A DNA stretch of 64,000 bases from Opitutaceae bacterium (GTDB lineage: Bacteria; Verrucomicrobiota; Verrucomicrobiia; Opitutales; Coraliomargaritaceae). Of this stretch, positions 57,046-64,000 are shown piece by piece (position 1 is the stretch's first letter; each line of letters opens with the position of its first letter). Made by a program: the position numbers and the translations under genes. The stretch spans positions 96,001 through 160,000 of the forward strand of contig JBPOFY010000004.1 in NCBI GenBank assembly GCA_051252375.1, given 5' to 3'. Under the pieces are notes generated by a model. It searched no databases and had not been told where the DNA came from. It saw only the letters and a program-made list of their open reading frames with translations.

Positions 57046-58106
57046 GACTTCTTAGCCTTCGCGCTTAGCTTTGCCTTCAAACTCGGACCATCGACCCAGA
57101 CGCTTTCGATCTGCACCACTTTTGGGAATTGCTGCGGACCATATTCGTTTTTCTGCAACTGCCCGACGACCAGGTCCACTCCCGCACTGCCCACGATGCG
57201 ATTATTCTGGCGCATCCCGGCTACGTGCTCAATTGCATCGTGCCAGTCAAGGTGAACGAAGCCGACTTCTTTGGGCACTGAAACACCAGCGGCGATCATG
57301 GCATCGTAGAGTTCGATCTTGTTCGTAATCACTACATCCGGTTTTTGCTCCTGAATACTTGCTATAGCTGCATCCAATTTCTCTAAGTCCAGTGGTAAAG
57401 GACTGAGTCGATTTTTTGGCTTAAAACGTGACGCGACACTGCAGAATCCGGCGCTGAATTTATTATCCAATAGCTCATCATCTTGCGGCGGTAAAAATAG
57501 CATCGGGCGTTTATAACCAAGCTCAAAAACCTTCTCAGTCGCACCACGCGCAGTCAGGTATTGGTCATTCGTGGAGCAATCGAGATGATTGTGTAAATGA
57601 GTCACCCCCAATACGGCACAAGCAAACTCATTCCAGAATTCAGAATATCCCTCGTGGATCATTTCAGGCGTCAGCGCAGCAATCAGCACTAAACCTCGAA
57701 TACCCCTGGTTTGGAGAATCTGCTTCAAACGGTGCGGCTTGATGTCCGGTTGCTCCAACCAGTATTCCTCGACACCATAGCCCAAGAGTTCTGCTCGGGC
57801 TAACACGCCTTCGCGTAAACGACTAAACGTATGATTTTGGCCCAAATCCGCCAATGATGAACAATTGATTAAACCCAGATTGGCCTGAAAAGACGGCTGA
57901 CGACCCGAACGAAGCTGCGTCATCAGCGAATCCACGACCGGATTGCGGCGATAGCCCATCTCATCGGCAACCGCCTGGATACGCTTACGCGTGCTCTCAG
58001 GAATGCGGGGGTCATTGCGCAAGGCCAATGACACCGCAGACTTACTCACACCAGCCGCATCGGCGATCTGTTGCATATTAGGACGACGGTCTAAGGGGTT
58101 AGACAT
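57042..58106 (-). CDS. LacI-family transcriptional regulator
   Basis: HTH MQQIADAAGVSKSAVSLALRNDPRIPESTRKRIQAVADEMGYRRNP followed by a sugar-binding-like domain. Confidence 0.95.
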   Translation of the reverse strand: MSNPLDRRPNMQQIADAAGVSKSAVSLALRNDPRIPESTRKRIQAVADEMGYRRNPVVDSLMTQLRSGRQPSFQANLGLINCSSLADLGQNHTFSRLREGVLARAELLGYGVEEYWLEQPDIKPHRLKQILQTRGIRGLVLIAALTPEMIHEGYSEFWNEFACAVLGVTHLHNHLDCSTNDQYLTARGATEKVFELGYKRPMLFLPPQDDELLDNKFSAGFCSVASRFKPKNRLSPLPLDLEKLDAAIASIQEQKPDVVITNKIELYDAMIAAGVSVPKEVGFVHLDWHDAIEHVAGMRQNNRIVGSAGVDLVVGQLQKNEYGPQQFPKVVQIESVWVDGPSLKAKLSAKAKKS

Positions 58107-58108
58107 GA

Positions 58109-58290
58109 TTTAACAGTTGAATGAGACTCGAGCAAAGCGCAATAGAGCTAGATAGTCGACAGTTGAATAAACAATTCCGAGCGATTGCATGCCCACTAAT
58201 AAGCCCCAGCACATTTCCTTACGGATCCTTGTATCTACAGGCTTTTGCTGAGACGACACCCCGATCCATTGCCCAGAGTAAACTGTTGAA
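58109..58290. promoter_or_regulatory. Three putative alpha-glucan LacI operators between lacI and the giant amylase
   Basis: TTTAACAGTTGAA (58109-58121), GTCGACAGTTGAA (58155-58167) and GTAAACTGTTGAA (58278-58290). Confidence 0.65.
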
Positions 58291-58379
58291 CAATGCGCCC
58301 CCTTACCATTCGGGACAAACTACGTATTCTTGTTTTAAATCCCCAGTTTTCGTCTATATTGAACTAGGTAATAGCCCCC

Positions 58380-61300
58380 ATGTCCCTACTCTCACACCTT
58401 ACTCGCTTTCATCAACTCTCCCTCCTGCTCCTTCTGTTGGTTGCAGGTAAGCTCTGCAATGGTGAAGCCATGCTTCAGTATTTCAACACGGACTGGGCAG
58501 AAATCACGCGCAAGATGCCGGAACTGGCTGAGGCCGGTTACTCATCCTTGTGGCTCCCTCCCCCAACTAAAGGCAGTGGCGGTCTTTCAGTCGGTTACGA
58601 TCTATGGGACCCATTCGATCTCGGCAGTGTAGATCAGCGCAACACTGTTCGCACACGCTACGGCACCGAAGCCGAACTACTAGAACTGGTCAAAACTTCA
58701 CACCGTTTCGGCATCCGCGTTTACTTTGATAATATCATGAACCACCGGGCGTTTGATGTGCCGGGATACAACGAAAATACCGACATCTACATCTATCCGG
58801 GCATGGTGCCCGAGGACTTCCACCTGCGGGTCACCGAAGATGGGTTCTACCGCAAGTGGGACAACACCCGCGACTGGAATTCGGCATGGCAAGTCCAGAA
58901 CCTCGGACTGGCCGATCTGATCGACATCGCCCACGAAACTCCGAACACCAATTTCGGCCCCAACGAAGGCGACGACCATCCGAAATACTCGTTCGTGCGC
59001 CACCCGAACAACCCAGAATACTACTGCTACGACAGTAGCGGCACCTATGTCGGGTTTGGCAACGTCACCCAGCTAGATATGGACAACAATCCGAGTGCCT
59101 TTACGGAAGACGTCGGCGCCTACCTAGTCCGCAACGTGCGCTGGTTGATGGATCGCACGAAGGCAGATGGCTTGCGACTCGATGCGGTCAAACACGTGCC
59201 AGACTACTTCTTCGGCCAACAAAGCGGAGTCGACAAGGACACCAGTGACGCTGGCTACCTCGGCGGAGTTCAAAGGCAGTTCAACATTAGCCGCGGCTTC
59301 TCCGATGCCAACCATCGCGATTCGGTTTTCGAGACAGAGGTCGGTCGTGATGATGCGATGGTCTTCGGCGAACACCTAGGCTCGCCCCCCGGATATAGCG
59401 GCTACTGGGATGCGGGCATGCGACTCGTCGACAATGAACTGCGCTCAAAGCTCAACGGGGCACTCGGCAATCCATCGGACACCCTAGCCGGACTGGACGG
59501 TTCTGGTGGCGGCGGCTTTTCGGCAGCACTCGGCGTCACCCATGCCAACAGCCACGACAGCGACTATTCGGCCATGCGCCAACTCCAACACGCGATGTAT
59601 TACACCCGCGAAGGAATGGGCCTCGTTTACACAGACGGCTACTATCAAGCCGAAACCTTGGGCGAATCCGGCGGCGCATTCCCTCGTCACGCCAACACCG
59701 CATTTCTCGGTCAATTCGCCGATCCACGAATCCCAAATCTACTCAAAATACACCAAGACTTTGCACGTGGATTTCAGCAAGGACTTTGGGGTGACGCCGA
59801 CTTCCTCGCCTACGAACGCCGCGACAATCGTAATCCCGACGGTTCCGCCCGTATCGGCAGTGCCACTGACGAAGTCACTATGGTGGTCATGCTAAATGAC
59901 AACAGCGCTTCCGGACAGGCTCGCTCTTTTTCATCCAGCTTTCCAGCCAGCGCCTACCTCTACCAATACGCCACTGGTCCAGATGGGGCGAACCAGACCG
60001 GCTTCTATAAATTCGGCAGCGAGTTAGGCTCCGTCATCGTCCCACCCGGCGGATACTTCGTGTTCGGCTACCGCACTCCGGAACTCTCAACCCTCTGGCC
60101 TGACTCTGCGGTCACCCTCTACCAAGACAGCAAAGAAGTGCGCCAGATCACCGTCACCCGCCAGGACGGTCCCGATGGCGATGAGGCCTTCAATCCCTAC
60201 GGCTTTGCGAATCGCGGCTACCCCGCTGGTGAAACTCCAGAGCCTTATACCTATCAAATGAGCGTTCCTGTGGTGACCTCGAACCCACTGACCATCATCG
60301 CTCGGGCGGACGGCTCTGCCGAAAAGATCTGGCTCAAGCTCGATGGCGGCGTAGACCTCAACGGCGGCGTCCCTGCGGGCTCGGGCATCACCGACCCCGC
60401 CCTCCGCGATAATCCGCCCGCCGTGCGCACCGATACTTGGGTCGGCTACGAAGAACCCACATTCGTCGACCGCCAACATCCCGAGAAATTTGCAGCGGTG
60501 GACACCTCCCGCAGTCAGATCGGCTCCCCCGGAGCGGAAACCTACAACAAGATAATCGACGATGCCTTTACCATCGATGACGCCCCGACCGGAGCCAACG
60601 ACTTCGGCACCAATGGCGGATTAATTCCCTCATGGATTTTCCATGACCCCACTGGCACTGTTGGCGGTCCCGGGGGCACAACAGGCGTCGGTGATACACA
60701 ATATACCGAAGGAGCGAGCGACATCACGCTCTGGGCGAAGACCAACTCAGTCGGAGCTGGATTCAATATGTTTGTTTACTACACAGCCGACGGCAGCTAC
60801 CCCGAAGGAGCTGGCGGCATCGGACGCGGCACGACGCAAGTCGCCGCATTAGGGTTCCAGCATAATGAGGGTGGCGACGACTGGTGGGGCAACGCCACGA
60901 TAGCCAAGCCTGCATCGGGTGCCACATTCCGCTATAAGATCGGAGTCTACAAAAACGGTCCGACCATCCAAGGCTCTTGGTGGCCCGGCGATGCCGCTTC
61001 GGTTGCCCACAAGAAGCAAATGCTCTCGACCTTCAAGGTCGAAAACTGGGATCCAACCGCCGCGCAAGTTCATGTGCACGCCGACTACAACTCGCTGACA
61101 ACCGGCCTCGCCGAAGGTTTCCATGTCATCCGAGCGAAAGCGATGCTCAACCGCGACCCATGGGCGGCCGCCTCGCTCTATCAGACATTTACTCAGACCT
61201 TCTACTACGACGCCGAGACCCCACAAGGCGAAGTCGCCTTCCCGTCAAGCGACGGTGAAACGGTCGGCGGATCGTCCTACGAGATCGTCGTGCGCACAGA

Positions 61301-64000
61301 CCGGACAGTCGAAGAAGTCTGGTTTAACATCGCCGACAGCGAGGCTGGTAACAACGACTCAGCAACCCAACAACTCAACGGCAACGGCGACGGCTTCGAG
61401 CCATTTACCGACGCCAACCAAAACGGCGTGCGTGACACCGGCGAAGACTTCATCGACCTCAACGGTAATGGAACCTACGACGCCACCACCACAGTCGCTT
61501 GGGCGCAAGCCACTGAAGTGACCGCAAACCCTGCGGTGACCAGCAGCTACCAGAAGGAATGGCGACTGCGCTACAACAACATCCCAGCCTCCGGTAGCGC
61601 AACCATCACCTGCCGACTCATCGAAGCATCCACCTCACGCGATTTCGGACTCGATGCCACCACCGGGCATTACACCGTGCTCACCCGCACGGTCAACACA
61701 GCCGGACCACTCGAACGTATCAACATCGCATGGCCGAAAAGTGACGGCGACCGCATCGACGACAACTACACCATGAAGGTCTACTTCTCCAAGGCGCTGG
61801 CCTCTGGGACAACGACCCCAGATCTCATCGATCGCTTCACATTCCTAGCCAACGACGTGTCTCAAGACCGCTCGGGCTTCACCGTCGATTACGGCGACTT
61901 CGGTGCTGCGAATGCGTATCACGAACTCTCCATCCCACTGCCCAACCTCTACAACGATGTCGACGACTACCTCCACGAACTGAAAGTGGAATACCGTTTT
62001 CCCGCCCCCGACAACCGCGTGCTCACCGCCGTTCGACTAGTTACCGCTGACCCCAGCACCAAACCCTTCGTCAACATCACCCAACCCACCGAACTTGATT
62101 CCGATGGCCAACAGGTCGAAATCATCCTACCCGACGGCCCCGGTCCCGACACCATTGTTTACACCGTGCGCATCAGCACCAGCGCCTCTGTCACCAACCT
62201 CACGCTCACTGGTTCACCCGCCATCACACTGCTCGACGAAACTTATACCGACGCGAACAGTAACGGCACCTTCGACGGCGAAGAACCCTATGTCGATGAC
62301 AACCCAGCCAATGGTCAATACGACGTCGGCGAGACATTCACCGATGTAAATGGTAACACCACATGGGATGCCAACGAACAGCCTTCCCTGATCGATTCCA
62401 ACGGCAACGGCACATGGGACGGCACTGTCTCTAGCACCGTTGGCAAAACAACCACATGGGACTTCCCGTGGAGTATCACCGCAGCTGGCAACTACTTGCT
62501 AACCGCATCGACCGGCGGCATGGATCCGGTCGTCTCGACCCGCAACGCCCGCGTCGTCCTCCGCGAAACCGTCGAGACCGACAACGATGAGAACAACGAC
62601 GATGACGACGATGGACTCATCGACATTGCCGAAACCAACACCACGGATCTCCCAGCGGGCAACTCCGAGACTTGGACCAACGGTGATGTTCACATTTATT
62701 ACGCATCCGGTCGCACTCTGCCGAATACGCCTGACTCCGACGGCGACGGACTACCCGACGGACTCGAAGTCGGCTGGCGCACCGCGACCACTCCACCGAC
62801 CACGCTCACCACCGACACCAACGGCGACGGCTTTCCAAACTTTATTGGCGACCTCGATCCCCCACTCTACGCGGTAGTCGAAAACTCGGGCAGTGTCCCC
62901 GGCGTCGGCTCACAAAGCGCAGGTGACGACCGCACCCGCCAGGCTGCCGGCAGCGTGACCGATCCGAACAAGCCCGACACAGATGGCGATGGACTCCTCG
63001 ACGGTATCGAAGATGCCAACCGCAACGGTTGGACAGACGGTGATGGTGCAAGCCTATCGACCACAGCAGGCATCGGTGACTATACCACCGAACGCCCGAA
63101 CGCAGGCGACTGGCCCGACAACACGATCGACTCATTCGAAACATGGACAGAGACCAGCCCAACCAAAGCCGACTCCGATGAGGACGGACTCACCGACGGC
63201 TACGGAGAAGATAAAAATCTCAACGGCAGTATCGACGGCGACACCAACGGCAATCGCATCTACGACGCCGGGGAAGCATGGACCGAAACCGATCCGCTCA
63301 ATACCGACACCGACGGCGATGGTCTACCCGACGGCTGGGAAGTCCAATACGGACTCGACCCACTTGACAACGGCACCGACGACTTGAGCACCGCTACAGT
63401 TGACGACGGCAATCCGAACAACGGTGCTACAGGCGACCCAGATGCCGACACTATTGACAATGCCACCGAACTTGCGGCGGGCACGAACCCGACACAAATC
63501 ACTGTCATCGGATCTGGTGGCGGCGAAGGCACGATCAACATCGGCACCTTCACCGACTGGAAACACACCGACCTGCTCGCGCTCGATGAATACAACGAAG
63601 GCGGCAGTCAGGGTGCAGATGTTTACCGCACCAACGGCTACGACAATTCGCGAGACATCGTCGCGTTCTCGTTCCGCGATGGCGGCGCAGTCGCCGCAGC
63701 CGGCGACGGCAAAGTCTATTTCCGAATCGATTTCCTCGACCTCATTGCCTACGCCGAACAGGGCGAAATCGATGCCTACATCGTGATCGATACTGGCAAC
63801 CCCAGCACTGGCGAACGCGCCCTACCCGACAATGTCGATATCGCCACCGACATGAAGTGGGAAGTCGTCGTCGCCGCCTATTCGAGTAACTCGGGCAGCG
63901 TCTCCGTCGACCTCAATCGCGCAGTCGCCAACAACACCACGACTGATATACAAAACCCATACGATGCTGCGTTCGGTGTCGAAAGACGCGACGGCGTCGC
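58380..64000 (+). CDS. Giant secreted GH13 alpha-amylase with Asp-rich Ca-binding repeats (partial, >1870 aa; absent from the ORF track)
   Basis: Manual translation from ATG 58380: signal peptide, AMLQYFNTDW, WLPPPTKG, GYDLWDPFDLG, RYGT, FDNIMNH, DGLRLDAVKH, VFGEH, ANSHD. The same frame reads sensibly at 61380, 62220 and 63960. Confidence 0.9.
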   Translation, partial: MSLLSHLTRFHQLSLLLLLLVAGKLCNGEAMLQYFNTDWAEITRKMPELAEAGYSSLWLPPPTKGSGGLSVGYDLWDPFDLGSVDQRNTVRTRYGTEAELLELVKTSHRFGIRVYFDNIMNHRAFDVPGYNENTDIYIYPGMVPEDFHLRVTEDGFYRKWDNTRDWNSAWQVQNLGLADLIDIAHETPNTNFGPNEGDDHPKYSFVRHPNNPEYYCYDSSGTYVGFGNVTQLDMDNNPSAFTEDVGAYLVRNVRWLMDRTKADGLRLDAVKHVPDYFFGQQSGVDKDTSDAGYLGGVQRQFNISRGFSDANHRDSVFETEVGRDDAMVFGEHLGSPPGYSGYWDAGMRLVDNELRSKLNGALGNPSDTLAGLDGSGGGGFSAALGVTHANSHDSDYSAMRQLQHAMYYTREGMGLVYTDGYYQAETLGESGGAFPRHANTAFLGQFADPRIPNLLKIHQDFARGFQQGLWGDADFLAYERRDNRNPDGSARIGSATDEVTMVVMLNDNSASGQARSFSSSFPASAYLYQYATGPDGANQTGFYKFGSELGSVIVPPGGYFVFGYRTPELSTLWPDSAVTLYQDSKEVRQITVTRQDGPDGDEAFNPYGFANRGYPAGETPEPYTYQMSVPVVTSNPLTIIARADGSAEKIWLKLDGGVDLNGGVPAGSGITDPALRDNPPAVRTDTWVGYEEPTFVDRQHPEKFAAVDTSRSQIGSPGAETYNKIIDDAFTIDDAPTGANDFGTNGGLIPSWIFHDPTGTVGGPGGTTGVGDTQYTEGASDITLWAKTNSVGAGFNMFVYYTADGSYPEGAGGIGRGTTQVAALGFQHNEGGDDWWGNATIAKPASGATFRYKIGVYKNGPTIQGSWWPGDAASVAHKKQMLSTFKVENWDPTAAQVHVHADYNSLTTGLAEGFHVIRAKAMLNRDPWAAASLYQTFTQTFYYDAETPQGEVAFPSSDGETVGGSSYEIVVRTDRTVEEVWFNIADSEAGNNDSATQQLNGNGDGFEPFTDANQNGVRDTGEDFIDLNGNGTYDATTTVAWAQATEVTANPAVTSSYQKEWRLRYNNIPASGSATITCRLIEASTSRDFGLDATTGHYTVLTRTVNTAGPLERINIAWPKSDGDRIDDNYTMKVYFSKALASGTTTPDLIDRFTFLANDVSQDRSGFTVDYGDFGAANAYHELSIPLPNLYNDVDDYLHELKVEYRFPAPDNRVLTAVRLVTADPSTKPFVNITQPTELDSDGQQVEIILPDGPGPDTIVYTVRISTSASVTNLTLTGSPAITLLDETYTDANSNGTFDGEEPYVDDNPANGQYDVGETFTDVNGNTTWDANEQPSLIDSNGNGTWDGTVSSTVGKTTTWDFPWSITAAGNYLLTASTGGMDPVVSTRNARVVLRETVETDNDENNDDDDDGLIDIAETNTTDLPAGNSETWTNGDVHIYYASGRTLPNTPDSDGDGLPDGLEVGWRTATTPPTTLTTDTNGDGFPNFIGDLDPPLYAVVENSGSVPGVGSQSAGDDRTRQAAGSVTDPNKPDTDGDGLLDGIEDANRNGWTDGDGASLSTTAGIGDYTTERPNAGDWPDNTIDSFETWTETSPTKADSDEDGLTDGYGEDKNLNGSIDGDTNGNRIYDAGEAWTETDPLNTDTDGDGLPDGWEVQYGLDPLDNGTDDLSTATVDDGNPNNGATGDPDADTIDNATELAAGTNPTQITVIGSGGGEGTINIGTFTDWKHTDLLALDEYNEGGSQGADVYRTNGYDNSRDIVAFSFRDGGAVAAAGDGKVYFRIDFLDLIAYAEQGEIDAYIVIDTGNPSTGERALPDNVDIATDMKWEVVVAAYSSNSGSVSVDLNRAVANNTTTDIQNPYDAAFGVERRDGV

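Noticed and set aside
58322..58333. ACGTATTCTTGT as a fucoidan-type operator in the starch locus
   Set aside because: Only the left half matches and there is no partner site at 22-24 nt; it is likely chance.
61400..63480. Repetitive GAC/GGC/AAC-rich DNA as a CRISPR array or tandem repeat
   Set aside because: The repeats are degenerate, in frame and explained by Asp/Gly/Asn-rich protein motifs; there is no constant repeat-spacer structure and no cas gene.
58121..63786. Many short ORFs listed in 58-64 kb, suggesting a gene-poor or degraded region
   Set aside because: They are off-frame or antisense shadows of one long plus-strand amylase gene that has no stop within the window.
1..64000. rRNA, tRNA, transposase, integrase, phage or defence genes
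   Set aside because: None was recognised; nearly all the sequence is accounted for by the listed CDSs. Small RNAs cannot be excluded by eye.

Overview
The window looks like chromosomal DNA from a marine Verrucomicrobiota member of the Coraliomargarita/Lentimonas type. This is inferred from the PEP-CTERM tails, the LacI type and the gene content, not from a database search. It holds two adjacent polysaccharide-utilisation loci. (1) Positions 1-47.2 kb, all on the minus strand, form a fucoidan/sulfated-fucan locus: three GH107 endo-fucanases, one GH168-like endo-fucanase, three GH141-like beta-helix enzymes, three GH29 fucosidases plus a probable GH29 relic, five Cys-type S1 sulfatases, two candidate esterases and a PEP-CTERM protein. 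It also carries two copies of an unexplained two-gene module, a ~1150-aa PilX/GspK-like pseudopilin plus a ~230-aa exported partner. (2) Positions 47.4-64 kb form an alpha-glucan locus: an MFS transporter, malQ, a double-GH13 protein, a PEP-CTERM protein, a LacI regulator and a giant (>1870 aa) GH13 amylase that the ORF track misses. No SusC/SusD or TonB-dependent receptor is visible. The main unexplained signals are the pseudopilin+partner module, a paired 12-bp palindromic operator (ACGTATATACGT-like) in the fucoidan intergenic regions, a separate 13-bp operator in the starch locus, a shared C-terminal domain on five large secreted enzymes, and mosaic GH107 paralogues that share a 584-bp identical tract. 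Family calls rest on motifs recognised by eye; no searches were run.
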